Virus record (IMG/VR): IMGVR_UViG_3300020391_000290
Span: 32,001 to 96,000 of that record
DNA from: a virus
Strand: one strand, 5' to 3'
Length of the DNA: 64,000 bases
Below are positions 8,261 to 19,262 of this stretch, piece after piece (within the stretch, counting starts at the first letter, position 1; every line of letters begins with the position of its first letter). The translations under genes were made by a program, and so were the position numbers. The notes under the pieces are model-generated. The model made no database searches. It was not told the DNA's origin and saw nothing but the letters and a program-made list of their open reading frames with translations.

Positions 8261-9127
8261 ATGGCATTTGATTTAGGTAGCAAATTTACTCGTAGAGCAA
8301 AACAATATACTACAGATACAGTAGGAAAAGCATTACCAGGCAACGATCCTATTAGTAAAGTTGGCAGAAATATCTTAAATGCTAGTGGTAACAGGTTACT
8401 TCAAGCAGGACTAAATGAACTAGGAGCAAATACTCCTGGTAGTTTCTTAAATAATATAGTAACTGCAGTTTTTAGAGACAATGATACTCGTGTGAGATTA
8501 TCTTTGAGTCCAGGAGCCAATATACTGTATAAGACCGGACGTGGATTCGAAGGCGGTATTCAAAACAAAATACTTGAACCTTTGATAGAAACAGACGGTG
8601 TATTGTTTCCTTATACACCAACAGTAAGTGTGAGTCATACTGCTCAGTATACAGGAGTTCATCCTGCACACAGTAACTTTATACAACATAGTTACAATGC
8701 AAGTTCAGTGGATACAATTAGTATTGATGGATATTTTACTGCAAATAATGCAGATGAAGCAAGATATGTTTTTGCAGTATTACATTTTCTTCGTAGTGCA
8801 TATAAAATGTTTTTTGGTTCAGATGCTAATAGAGGCACACCTCCACCAGTACTAAGACTAAGCGGATATGGCCCTTTTAATTATAACAGTGTGCCTGTGG
8901 TTTTATCTAATTTTAGTGAAATAATGGCTGCAGACAGAGACTATATAGAAGTGCCACTAGCATCTTCACCAGATGCATCAACAAAAACTATGATTCCAAC
9001 TTATATGAACATGACTATGACACTTAATCCAATTTACACCAAAGAGCAGATATCTAATTTTAGTTTAGAAAGTTTTGCTAGAGGTGATCAAATAGGAAGA
9101 CCAGGTGGCGCTGGAGGATTTTTATAA
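8261..9127 (+). CDS. Baseplate/tail-tube initiator protein (gp48/gp54-like)
   Basis: FPYTPTV, KMFFG, GTPPPVLRLSGYG motifs; first gene of the baseplate operon; ATG at 8261. Confidence 0.65.
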   Translation: MAFDLGSKFTRRAKQYTTDTVGKALPGNDPISKVGRNILNASGNRLLQAGLNELGANTPGSFLNNIVTAVFRDNDTRVRLSLSPGANILYKTGRGFEGGIQNKILEPLIETDGVLFPYTPTVSVSHTAQYTGVHPAHSNFIQHSYNASSVDTISIDGYFTANNADEARYVFAVLHFLRSAYKMFFGSDANRGTPPPVLRLSGYGPFNYNSVPVVLSNFSEIMAADRDYIEVPLASSPDASTKTMIPTYMNMTMTLNPIYTKEQISNFSLESFARGDQIGRPGGAGGFL

Positions 9128-9429
9128 TGGCAGTACAATACAGTGCAGATAGTCCTTATGCAAATACTACACAATATAGTTATTACTTAGATGTACTGAC
9201 TCCAAGAATAATTAGACCTTTCAAAGATGATGTGTTACATACACTTACACAGGTACATGAATATAGACCAGATTTATTAGCATTTGATCTTTACGCAAAT
9301 AGTAATTTATGGTGGGTTTTTCAAGCAAGAAATCCAAATGCCTTTGAAGATCCAGTATGGGATTTTAGAGTAGGTACAAAGTTTTACATTCCAAAAAAGG
9401 AAACAATTGATACTGCGTTAGGAAATTAA
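9127..9429 (+). CDS. gp53-like baseplate wedge protein (LysM-like)
   Basis: YRPDLLAFDLYANSNLWWVF...N motif. Confidence 0.8.
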   Translation: MAVQYSADSPYANTTQYSYYLDVLTPRIIRPFKDDVLHTLTQVHEYRPDLLAFDLYANSNLWWVFQARNPNAFEDPVWDFRVGTKFYIPKKETIDTALGN

Positions 9430-12138
9430 ATGTCTGATATAATTGGTTTCAATTCATCTATAACTTTTACTGGAGCCCCTGGTACACTACCTTTAGAAGA
9501 TGATTTTAATCTTAATAATGGAAATCCTCCTTTTATATATAGGGAAAATTATGATAGATATTTTAGCGAACAGGCAGAAAATTTACAGTTAGTACCACAA
9601 GACTTAAGCCTTTATAAAAATGATAAAATAGAACCTATTAAAGTTCCATCTAGTAAAATAATTTCATATAGCAACGATTATATAAAACCTACTGTTAATT
9701 ATGCAAATCCTAATAATTCAGTCAACGTTGATGATTTTAATTTGTATGATGGCTTTGAAAATGATCAGTTTAATTATGTCACAAAAATAGACTTAGGAGC
9801 AAGTGGTAAAAAAGTAAGTAAAGATCCACCTGAGGAAAATTTTACTGATGAAACAGCTTTTAATGATGATACGTTTTATCAATCATATGATGATGGAAGT
9901 ATTAGAGGGCAAGACACTAGCAAAGATGTCAAAATTGCTAGTTCAGTTGATGCAAAATCTAATCAAAAAGCTAAACCTGCTTTTAACCAAGATCTATCTA
10001 AGATAAAAATAGATCCTGCAACCAACGAACTTAATATATTTTCCAGCGTAACATATAATTTAGCTCTTTACATGATGAATAGTAAAAGTTATGTAGATAT
10101 TACTAAAGCACCCAACAACCCTAACGAAGTTTTAGATCCAGACTCTGGAAATAGCCAATTACTAATGAGAAGTGGCGGAACAGGATTAGATAATAAAAAC
10201 AATGATTTTGCAAATAATTTTTTTATAGATGATTTAGAAATACAAAATATTGCAGTTGGCCCAGATAAGTTTAAGCATAATACTAATGCAACTAGTGTAA
10301 ATTTTACCATAACAGAACCACGTGGTGTTACACTGCTTGAAAAATTACAAAGACTTGCTGGTACTGTACTAGTAAGCACAAGAGAGAATTATATTCATGC
10401 TCCTTACTTGTTAGAAATAAAATTTAAAGGGTACAACGATACTGGGCAACCTATACCTACCGCAAGTAAACCTAAGTATATTCCTATAAAAATTACAGAT
10501 ATGACATTTGAAGTCACTAACAGTGGCACACAGTATCGTGTAAGTGCAATTCCTTTTGCAAATCATGTTCTCGGAAGTATTATGAATACTATTCCTCATA
10601 ATATTGAATTAAAAGCCAGCACAGTAGGTGATATTTTTACTAGTGAAGTGACAAAATTAGTTCAAGTCCCCGACAGAATTACAGATGGAGTTAGTCCGGG
10701 TGTTGCAACTGCAATTGGTATTAAAGAAGGACAACAACCTACTAAAACAAAGAAAACAAAACATAGAGATCTTGCAGAAATTCTCACTGATTCTAGACGT
10801 GCTAGAACACTTCCAACATCATATAAAGATAAGAATGGTCAACCAGTTAGTGTCCCGCCTGCTGCAGAAAAGTATGATACATATAATTTCCTATTAGCAG
10901 AAGAAATATCAAGTGCAAAATTAAATTTAGAAGATATATATGATGCATTGAATACACCTGTGCCAACGGAAGATGAGAAAAAACCGAAAAGTGGTTCACA
11001 AACACAACAAAAATCTGCAGATAAAAAACAATATGAAACTTATGTGCAAGGATTAACTAGAGGTGTGACTTTAGACAAAGAAAGTAAAACTTTTTCAATT
11101 GCAGCTGGTACTGATATTACAAAACTTATAAATCTAGTAATAATGCATAGTAGTTATATGGATAAAAATGTTGAGGAAAATCCTAAACAATACTTACAAA
11201 CAGGCGATCCTATAAATTGGTTTAGGGTACGACCAGTAATTGAAAGCTCATCCGAACCTGGTAATGGTTTTGATAGGAAAGACGGAAGATACAAGTATAG
11301 TATAAAACATGTAGTAGAAAAAAATGTTATACACTACCATGACTTTCCATGGGGTAAAAAAAGTAAACCAGTTGGGGTAGGTTATCACAAGGTTTATGAT
11401 TTTATTTTTTCTGGAAAAAATACTGAAGTGTTAGATTTTAGATTAAAATTTAATACTGCATTTTATAGTGTAATGACAGCTGGAACAGGCAGTCCGTTTG
11501 CCGGAAAGCCAGCAAACAATGCTTTTACACCATTAGTTAAAGAATTAACTTCATCATTAGAAGGAAATGTTATTAATTCAAAAGACCAACTAACTAGGCA
11601 ACGTGCTAAAGATCTTTTTAGTAGTGTAATGAGCGATGGTGTAGACCTTTTAAATTTAGATATGAGTATAGTTGGTGATCCAGCTTGGATTCCTACAAGT
11701 GATGCGTATTGGCAAGATAGAGTGAGAAAAGGCCAGTCTTATACTAGTCCATTTATGCCTGATGGAACGATTAATTACAATTTGACACCACCATATATAC
11801 GTGTAAATTTAAGGACACCTGTGGATTATGATGCAACAACAGGTTTACAAGATCCTAGTCAGGCGGGTAACAGTAGTTTTAGTGGTGTATATAGAATAAC
11901 ACAAGTAGATAGTACGTTTAGTGGTGGTGTATTCCAACAACGTCTTAGTGGATTCAGACCACCGGGGCAGGACGCAGATAGTTTACAAGTAAATACTGCA
12001 GAATCTACGACTAACGTACAAAGAGACTTGCTTACTAGAGTAGAAGATGCTATAGTAAAAGATAGTAAGAACTTATTTGCAAAAGTTTTACCAAAAAATG
12101 ACGAAATCGATTATGATACTTTTTTTCCAGAGGAATAA
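9430..12138 (+). CDS. Baseplate hub protein (gp27-like tail protein)
   Basis: FTITEPRG, IVGDP, FSGVYRITQVDSTFSGGVFQQRL C-terminal hub motif; lies between gp53- and gp5-like genes. Confidence 0.6.
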   Translation: MSDIIGFNSSITFTGAPGTLPLEDDFNLNNGNPPFIYRENYDRYFSEQAENLQLVPQDLSLYKNDKIEPIKVPSSKIISYSNDYIKPTVNYANPNNSVNVDDFNLYDGFENDQFNYVTKIDLGASGKKVSKDPPEENFTDETAFNDDTFYQSYDDGSIRGQDTSKDVKIASSVDAKSNQKAKPAFNQDLSKIKIDPATNELNIFSSVTYNLALYMMNSKSYVDITKAPNNPNEVLDPDSGNSQLLMRSGGTGLDNKNNDFANNFFIDDLEIQNIAVGPDKFKHNTNATSVNFTITEPRGVTLLEKLQRLAGTVLVSTRENYIHAPYLLEIKFKGYNDTGQPIPTASKPKYIPIKITDMTFEVTNSGTQYRVSAIPFANHVLGSIMNTIPHNIELKASTVGDIFTSEVTKLVQVPDRITDGVSPGVATAIGIKEGQQPTKTKKTKHRDLAEILTDSRRARTLPTSYKDKNGQPVSVPPAAEKYDTYNFLLAEEISSAKLNLEDIYDALNTPVPTEDEKKPKSGSQTQQKSADKKQYETYVQGLTRGVTLDKESKTFSIAAGTDITKLINLVIMHSSYMDKNVEENPKQYLQTGDPINWFRVRPVIESSSEPGNGFDRKDGRYKYSIKHVVEKNVIHYHDFPWGKKSKPVGVGYHKVYDFIFSGKNTEVLDFRLKFNTAFYSVMTAGTGSPFAGKPANNAFTPLVKELTSSLEGNVINSKDQLTRQRAKDLFSSVMSDGVDLLNLDMSIVGDPAWIPTSDAYWQDRVRKGQSYTSPFMPDGTINYNLTPPYIRVNLRTPVDYDATTGLQDPSQAGNSSFSGVYRITQVDSTFSGGVFQQRLSGFRPPGQDADSLQVNTAESTTNVQRDLLTRVEDAIVKDSKNLFAKVLPKNDEIDYDTFFPEE

Positions 12139-12141
12139 CAG

Positions 12142-15100
12142 ATGGCAGTAGATATTTCGCGAGGTGGTACTAAAGGCGGCGATCCTCAATATAGTTCAAG
12201 TAATATTAGAGGAGTAAGTCAAGAAAGAGGAATTGTTATTGGCGTCGTAAAAGCAAACGTACATGGTTCACACATGGGTGTGATACAAGTTTATATTGCT
12301 GAAATGAGTACAGACGAATCCGATAAATCACAATGGCGAACAGTACGTTATTGTACTCCATTCTATAGTAGGGTTGATAATTCAGGCGATAAAGATACTT
12401 TTAATGAAACAAAGGTCCCTGCAGGTATAGTTACTCCTCCACCAGACTTAGGTACTACTGTGCTATGTTTTTTTCCGCAAGGAAGAAACGCAGATGGATT
12501 CTATTTTGCATGTGTTCCTGATACTTTTATGATGCAAACATTACCTGAGCCTACACTTTATGAAGGATACATTGGAGGTGAATTCAATGATAATAATCCA
12601 CTAAGGAAAACGGATAAAATTACTAATTGGAAAAGTCAACACAGACCTGTTGATTTTCTTACACAACAAATTGTAAATGATCAAGGATTATATAGAGATA
12701 AAGTAAGAGGACTTAATAACAGTGGATACATGCGAGAATCACCAAGTGAAATAATTGGTATAAGCAGTAAAGGTCGAAGAATTACAGATCAAGGTAAAGA
12801 TTTTTTAAAAGAAAATTCATCCGCAATTAAAAGTTTACCTAATAATTCTGATGCAAAAATTATTAAAGCACTCTTAGGGCCTAATAACAGGAGAAAAGGT
12901 CACAGTATTGCTTTGGATGATGGAGATATTGACGGTAATAGTAATCAGATTAGACTAAGAACAAGTACGGGTCACCAAATTTTAATGAATGATACGGAAG
13001 GTGTAATATATGTAGGAAACGCTGACGGCAGTGTATGGATTGAACTTGGTAAAAGTGGTACACTAGATGTATATGCACAAGATAGTATTAATTTTCGTAG
13101 TAAAAATTTAAATTTTCATGCAGACGAGAATATAAAGTTTCATAGTAAAGGGTATACACAAATTGTTAGCGAACAACAATTGCATTTACAGTCAGAGGAT
13201 GATTTAGTATTACAATCTTCTGCAGATGCTGGTATTACTTCTAATGCATTTTCAGTAAAAGCAAGTGGATCAATGAATTTATCTGGTGGCGCAACTTCTA
13301 GTATTAAATCAAGCGGAATTATGAGTGTAAGTGGATCCATTGTTATGTTACAAGGGCCGTCATTAGGAGGAAAAACTGCAAAACCAGTAAGACCGCAGAT
13401 GAAATTGGATCCAAAATATGATCCTGCCCAACAAAGATATATTCTTACAAGAGATAGCACTATAACTACTACAGTTGATAGACTTGCTACTCATGAACCT
13501 TTTGTTGGTCATGGGCAAAAAAGTACTGCAACAGGCTATAGTGGAGGACTAGCTGGTGGTGGCGGATTAGCAGGTGCTTTTTCTATTATTAGTGCCGCCT
13601 ATAGTACTGCAGGCTTTAGTGAACTTGCTAGTGGAGTAGATGTTACAGATTTTGCTGGAACTAACCAATTTGCGGACTTTAGTGATTTCGCTGGAGGGTT
13701 TGCAGGCGGAAATACTTTTAGTGATATAGGGTTAGATGCATTTGGAGGTTTAGGAGACACTGTATCAGACTTTAGTGATTTTGCAGGCCCTAATTTATTT
13801 TCGTCTGGACTATCTACAGGTATTGATTTTAGTCAAATTACTGGTATAGCCGAGGATTTTGGAGATGCGTTAACTAGTGGATTAGGCGAAATAGGAAAAG
13901 ATTTGGGCGATAGTCTTGCAAAGTTTGGCAATGGTCTTACAGGTACTGATATTACGAGTCCAGATTTCCCAGGACTTAGTTCTTTGTTGCCTAGCACTTC
14001 TGGAGATTTGTCTGCATTTGGCGGCGCCGGAGATAGTGTAGGTTTTATAGGAGGATTTTCTAATATATCACCATCTGTCGATAGTATCGCAAGTAATATA
14101 TCTAGTGTAGGAGGAATTACTACTACATGGAGTGGCATAGGAGATTTTGTAAATTCGGATTTGGGTAAATTAGTAACTGACGGATCGGGTAAAATTATTG
14201 ATATTGCAAAACAAGTAGCATCTGATTATGAAACTGCATTGCCTGAACTACAAAAAGGGTTACAAAAAATATCAGCTGTTGTTCCTGGCATAAGTGATAA
14301 TTTACCAGAATTTTTGACTCAACCTTCTATAGCAGGTTTACAAGTTACTGATTTAATAAAACAAGTTGATACAGGTTTTAGCATTGGTAATTTAGAAAGT
14401 ATAGATATACAAGGTTTGAATGCCGGCATTGTAAAACTTACAGGTAGCAATAATGCGTCTACATTTATAGATAGTGTAACAAAAACTATAGGAAAATATG
14501 GATTTGATGTTGAACAACTTAAAGCAAATGGTTTTGTACGTCCTGAAGCTGTATTTAATGATCAACTATCTCAAAGCAGTGTATGGACAGGCAAAGATGG
14601 TATAACAACTTTAAATAAATTTTTATCTAATTCAGGAATACAAGAACAATTACAACAACAGGAAATTGCTAGGACATATCAAACATTAGTCAACAATGGT
14701 GGTATTGTAAGTACTGACTCAAAAGAAAAAATTATGGCAATGCTAACAGGATCAGCAATAAGCTCTCCTGAAATAGCAAAACAAATAAGATTAGGTGACG
14801 CCAACGTAGAAGGATTATTACGTAATACTTCCAGTATACCTGTAGGATCAGATATAAAAAGTGTAGTAATAAATGCTATGCAAACAGGAGGCTCTGTAAG
14901 TAAAGTTGTTACTGCAACCAAAGATAAAAACGATAATCAGGATTTGTCTACATTATCACGTTTTACAGGAACACTTAAAACTGGAGAAACAATTAGACAA
15001 ATAGGAGGAGTTAGTTATGTTGTTCCTGCTCCATCGTTAGATCAGTATAGCGGTTCTAACGGAGGCGAAAAAAGACAACTAGATAAACGTATTGCTGCCT

Positions 15101-15213
15101 TAGAAAACGATAAATTTAATGTTAGAATTGATGGAAATGATAATAACACTATTGTTGCACAAATAAATGATAAACTAAGTGAATTATATGCTAGAAGGCA
15201 TAGTTTAATATAA
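12142..15213 (+). CDS. gp5/VgrG-like central spike protein with long C-terminal extension
   Basis: N-terminal OB-fold (GVVKAN...PPDLGTTVLCFF), GHQILMND beta-helix repeats, THEPF motif, then G/S/D/F-rich tract and a GKYGF-containing domain. Confidence 0.75.
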   Translation: MAVDISRGGTKGGDPQYSSSNIRGVSQERGIVIGVVKANVHGSHMGVIQVYIAEMSTDESDKSQWRTVRYCTPFYSRVDNSGDKDTFNETKVPAGIVTPPPDLGTTVLCFFPQGRNADGFYFACVPDTFMMQTLPEPTLYEGYIGGEFNDNNPLRKTDKITNWKSQHRPVDFLTQQIVNDQGLYRDKVRGLNNSGYMRESPSEIIGISSKGRRITDQGKDFLKENSSAIKSLPNNSDAKIIKALLGPNNRRKGHSIALDDGDIDGNSNQIRLRTSTGHQILMNDTEGVIYVGNADGSVWIELGKSGTLDVYAQDSINFRSKNLNFHADENIKFHSKGYTQIVSEQQLHLQSEDDLVLQSSADAGITSNAFSVKASGSMNLSGGATSSIKSSGIMSVSGSIVMLQGPSLGGKTAKPVRPQMKLDPKYDPAQQRYILTRDSTITTTVDRLATHEPFVGHGQKSTATGYSGGLAGGGGLAGAFSIISAAYSTAGFSELASGVDVTDFAGTNQFADFSDFAGGFAGGNTFSDIGLDAFGGLGDTVSDFSDFAGPNLFSSGLSTGIDFSQITGIAEDFGDALTSGLGEIGKDLGDSLAKFGNGLTGTDITSPDFPGLSSLLPSTSGDLSAFGGAGDSVGFIGGFSNISPSVDSIASNISSVGGITTTWSGIGDFVNSDLGKLVTDGSGKIIDIAKQVASDYETALPELQKGLQKISAVVPGISDNLPEFLTQPSIAGLQVTDLIKQVDTGFSIGNLESIDIQGLNAGIVKLTGSNNASTFIDSVTKTIGKYGFDVEQLKANGFVRPEAVFNDQLSQSSVWTGKDGITTLNKFLSNSGIQEQLQQQEIARTYQTLVNNGGIVSTDSKEKIMAMLTGSAISSPEIAKQIRLGDANVEGLLRNTSSIPVGSDIKSVVINAMQTGGSVSKVVTATKDKNDNQDLSTLSRFTGTLKTGETIRQIGGVSYVVPAPSLDQYSGSNGGEKRQLDKRIAALENDKFNVRIDGNDNNTIVAQINDKLSELYARRHSLI

Positions 15214-15222
15214 GGAAATAAA

Positions 15223-15594
15223 ATGGCAGTAGCAGTCTATAAAGGTATTAGTACAGTAAATAATAACTTTGGAAGTATAAAGTTAACAGATACAGATTTA
15301 ATAAAAAGAGATTTACTAAATCATTTTGCTATTCGCAAAGGCGAAAAACTTATGGATGGAAATTTTGGTACAAGTATTAGAGATTTAGTAATGGATCCTC
15401 TTACAGAAGAAACAAAAGCGGCAGTAGTCCAGGAAGTTAATCAAGTAATTAGTAGTGATCCAAGAGTAGTGATAGAAGGTGTGACTATTGATGAGTATGA
15501 AAGTGGTATACAGATTGAAATGTCTTTGCGTTATAGCATCAATAACGAAGTAGAAAATTTAATTATAAAATTTGATAGGACTGACGCAGAATAA
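15223..15594 (+). CDS. gp25-like baseplate wedge subunit
   Basis: LLNHFAIRKGEKLMDGNFGT...DPRV motifs. Confidence 0.9.
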   Translation: MAVAVYKGISTVNNNFGSIKLTDTDLIKRDLLNHFAIRKGEKLMDGNFGTSIRDLVMDPLTEETKAAVVQEVNQVISSDPRVVIEGVTIDEYESGIQIEMSLRYSINNEVENLIIKFDRTDAE

Positions 15595-15615
15595 TATACC
15601 TATATTATACAGTGA

Positions 15616-15622
15616 ATAAATA
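15616..15622 (+). promoter_or_regulatory. Late promoter ATAAATA
   Basis: Intergenic, 26 nt upstream of the gp6-like ATG. Confidence 0.65.
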
Positions 15623-15647
15623 CTGCAATAGATAGGAATGTTTAAAA

Positions 15648-18600
15648 ATGGCTGCAAGTACAAGACAAGCAAATTTATTCGCTGCTGAAGATTGGAAAAA
15701 AGTTTACGAAACTTTTAGAGAAGCAGATTTTCAAAGTTACGATTATGAAACTATTCGTAAAAGTATGGTGGATTATATCCGCACATATTATCCAGAAGAT
15801 TTTAACGATTTCATAGAATCAAGTGAATATATAGCACTTATTGATATGATTGCATTTTTAGGACAATCATTAAGTTTTCGTGCAGATTTAAATGCAAGAG
15901 AAAATTTCTTAGAAACTGCACAACGTAGAGATAGTATACTTAGACTATCTCGTATGTTAAATTACTATCCAAAACGTCAACAAATTTCTAGGGGTTTAAT
16001 TAAAGTTACTAGTGTACAAACTACAGAAGAGGTTTCAGATAGTAATGGAAATAGTTTGCGTGATGTAGAAATTTCTTGGGGAGATCCGACAAATAGTGAC
16101 TTTTTAGAACAATTTACTACTGTAATTAATAGTGCTATTGTTAGTACACAAAAGTTTGGTAATCCTGGCTTAAAAACTTCAATAGGCGGCATAAACATTG
16201 AAGAATATCAGATTAGATTAAATGAAGGCACTATTCCTGTGTATGATTTTAAGACATCTATTGGAGCACAAAATTTAGATTTTGAATTAGTAAAAGGTAC
16301 GTATAGCGGACAAGATTATTTGTATGAAATGGCTCCGCAACCTTCTAGCACAACAAATATAATATATAGAAATGATAATAGAGGATTTAACAGTGCAAAC
16401 AATGGCTTCTTTTTTTACTTCAAACAAGGAAGCCTACAAAGTGCAGATTTTACAATTTCAGAAAAATTGCCTAACAGGACTGTTGAACTGGACGTAAACA
16501 ATATTGATAATAATGATGTTTGGTTATACAAGTTAGACGATCAAGGCAATGAAACTATAAGATGGGACAAAGTGCCTGCTATTAGTGGAAATAATGTAAT
16601 TTATAATAGTCTAAGTGAAAATAACAAAAATTTATTTACTGTGCGTAGTAGAGCGGATGATCAAATTAGTTTAGTATTTGGTGATGACGTATTTTCTAAT
16701 ATTCCTGTTGGAGATTTTCGTGTTTACTTTAGAACAGGAATAGGTACAACATATAAAATATCACCAGACGATATGCAAAATTTACAAATTGTTATTCCTT
16801 ACATAAGTCAAGTAAACCAAGTAGAAAATTTAACAGTAAATTTAAGTCTTACTACTACTATTGCAAATGCAAGTGGCAGAGAAAATTTATTAGACGTAAA
16901 GCAAAAAGCACAACAACAATACTATACACAAGATCGTATGATTACAGGTGAGGATTATCAAATCTTACCCTACACAAAATTTAGTAACATTATTAAATCT
17001 AAAGCTATAAACAGAACTGCAAGTGGTATAAGTCGGTACTTAGATGTACGTGATACTACAGGAAAATATAGTAGTACAAATATTGTTGCAGAAGATGGTA
17101 TTTTTTATCGTACAGAAGATATTCAACAATTTCAGTTTACTTTTGTTACAGATAGCGATATAAGCAATATTATATCTACACAAGTTGAAAAAAATATTTT
17201 AAAAAATGATAGTCTACATTATTATTTAAAAAACTATGGTGGTACAGATGTAACTAGTTTATTAGCAGAATGGAATCTTACAACAAGTTCAAGTGGAACA
17301 TGTACAGGATATTTTAAAAATGACGTAGCGGCTCCTTTAAAAATAGGTTCTTTTACAAGTAGTAACCTAAAATATGCAAAAGTTGGTGCCTTGCTTAAAT
17401 TTACTGCTCCTAGTGGTAAAGTTTTTGATGTCAATAATAATTTAATTACAGGCACTAGTGGCACTATAAACACCAAAGATTATATCTGGGCAAGTATTTC
17501 AGCAGTAGTCACCGATGGTACAAATCAAGGAGTTGGAAATTTAGAAAGTGGACTTGGTCCTGTGACGCTGACAGAAGTTATTCCTAGTGATGCGGTATTA
17601 AATCAAGTTATAGCAATATGGAATACAACTTTAAGTAGCACAGTAAGAAATGAAATCATACAATCTATAGGTGATTATAAAACATTCGGGTTACGTTATG
17701 ATTTAGATACACAGGAATGGGCAGTAATTTCTAATGCTAATTTGAATCAAGCAAACACATTTTCACTAGACGCGGCAGGAAATACTAGTAGCACTGGATT
17801 AGACAATAGTTGGTTTTTTAAATTTACTAACGACGGAAGTACATATACTGTTAACTATAGATCAACAGCTTATATTTTTGAAAGTAAATTAGAAACAAGA
17901 TTTTATTTTGATAAAAATTTAAGTATTTTTGATCCTCGTACAGGCAAAACAATTAAAGATAAAATTAATATTTTAAAAGTAAACTCTTTGCCAGATACAA
18001 TAGGCAGCCTAGCAGTTGATTACTCAATGCAAGTAGATGATGTAATTACAGAAACAGATGGTTATATTCTTACAAATAGAATAAAAGTAACATTTCCAGA
18101 TGTTGATAGTGATGGAGTAGTAGACAATCCTGACGTATTTGACATTATTGTGGCTCCTAGTGTAAGTTCTTCAACTAAAGTAGTATTTTATAAAACGGAT
18201 ACGAGTAGTGGAGGATACCTAACATACACACCTGTAGATACTACAGATATTGAACAAAGATACACCACCCAATCTGCTATCAATGAAGTATTAGCACAAT
18301 TTTCAAGTGGACAAATATTTTATGCAAGTGCCGAGGAAAAATTTTATCTACTTAGTGTAAGTGGTGCAAATGTGAAAAGTGTTGCAGTGACTACCAATTA
18401 TATAAAACAAATTGGACGTAATCAACTATTATTTCAATATACGCATAATAGTCCTAACAATAGAAGAATTGATCCTAGCCCAACAAATATTGTTGATTTA
18501 TTTTTACTAACTAGACAATACGATACGGATTATAGAAATTACATATCAGATATTACAGGCAATATAAGCAAGCCACAAGATCCTACCACAAATGAATTAC

Positions 18601-19262
18601 GTGATCAATTTGGTTCTTTAGAACAATATAAAAGTGTTAGTGATACAATTATTTTTAATGGAATAACTTACAGACCTTTGTTTGGTGATAAAGCAGATGA
18701 AGAATTACAAGCAACATTTAAAGTAGTAAAAAATGATAGTACACTTATAAGTGAAACTGAAATAAAAGAAAAAGTTATATCTTCAATTAATGATTACTTT
18801 ACAGTTGATAATTGGGATTTTGGAGATGTTTTTTATTTTAGCGAACTTGCGGCTTATTTGTACAATACACTTGCTCCTGATGTGTTAAGTATTATAATTG
18901 TGCCTAAGTTAGCAACAAGTAATTTTGGTAGTTTGTTTCAAATACAAAGCCAGAGAGATGAAATTTTAATTAGTTCAGCTACTGTAAATGATGTAGAAGT
19001 AATTGATGTAATTACTGCAAATAGTCTACAATCTAGTGGAAATGTAGTCAATACTACTACAGTAAATTTAGCAAGTGAAAGTGTAAGTGCTAATGGTGCA
19101 ACAACAAGTGTCGCAACAGGTACAACGTCAACGTCTAGCACTAGTAGCAGTTATAGTAGTGGATCTAGTAGTTCAAGCAGTAGTAGTTCAAGCAGTAGTA
19201 GCTCTAGTAGCGGCGGCGGCGGCGGAAGCGGCGGTGGCGGAAGCGGAGGATATGGTTACTAA
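15648..19262 (+). CDS. gp6-like baseplate wedge protein
   Basis: DFNDFIESSE, ENFLETAQRRDS, LVFGDD, QDRMITGEDY motifs; Ser/Gly tail. Confidence 0.85.
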   Translation: MAASTRQANLFAAEDWKKVYETFREADFQSYDYETIRKSMVDYIRTYYPEDFNDFIESSEYIALIDMIAFLGQSLSFRADLNARENFLETAQRRDSILRLSRMLNYYPKRQQISRGLIKVTSVQTTEEVSDSNGNSLRDVEISWGDPTNSDFLEQFTTVINSAIVSTQKFGNPGLKTSIGGINIEEYQIRLNEGTIPVYDFKTSIGAQNLDFELVKGTYSGQDYLYEMAPQPSSTTNIIYRNDNRGFNSANNGFFFYFKQGSLQSADFTISEKLPNRTVELDVNNIDNNDVWLYKLDDQGNETIRWDKVPAISGNNVIYNSLSENNKNLFTVRSRADDQISLVFGDDVFSNIPVGDFRVYFRTGIGTTYKISPDDMQNLQIVIPYISQVNQVENLTVNLSLTTTIANASGRENLLDVKQKAQQQYYTQDRMITGEDYQILPYTKFSNIIKSKAINRTASGISRYLDVRDTTGKYSSTNIVAEDGIFYRTEDIQQFQFTFVTDSDISNIISTQVEKNILKNDSLHYYLKNYGGTDVTSLLAEWNLTTSSSGTCTGYFKNDVAAPLKIGSFTSSNLKYAKVGALLKFTAPSGKVFDVNNNLITGTSGTINTKDYIWASISAVVTDGTNQGVGNLESGLGPVTLTEVIPSDAVLNQVIAIWNTTLSSTVRNEIIQSIGDYKTFGLRYDLDTQEWAVISNANLNQANTFSLDAAGNTSSTGLDNSWFFKFTNDGSTYTVNYRSTAYIFESKLETRFYFDKNLSIFDPRTGKTIKDKINILKVNSLPDTIGSLAVDYSMQVDDVITETDGYILTNRIKVTFPDVDSDGVVDNPDVFDIIVAPSVSSSTKVVFYKTDTSSGGYLTYTPVDTTDIEQRYTTQSAINEVLAQFSSGQIFYASAEEKFYLLSVSGANVKSVAVTTNYIKQIGRNQLLFQYTHNSPNNRRIDPSPTNIVDLFLLTRQYDTDYRNYISDITGNISKPQDPTTNELRDQFGSLEQYKSVSDTIIFNGITYRPLFGDKADEELQATFKVVKNDSTLISETEIKEKVISSINDYFTVDNWDFGDVFYFSELAAYLYNTLAPDVLSIIIVPKLATSNFGSLFQIQSQRDEILISSATVNDVEVIDVITANSLQSSGNVVNTTTVNLASESVSANGATTSVATGTTSTSSTSSSYSSGSSSSSSSSSSSSSSSSGGGGGSGGGGSGGYGY
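19130..19250 (+). repeat. Low-complexity AGT/AGC and GGC tandem repeats encoding a poly-Ser/poly-Gly tail
   Basis: Tandem AGTAGTTCAAGCAGT units, then a GGC run and repeated GGCGGAAGCGG. Confidence 0.85.
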
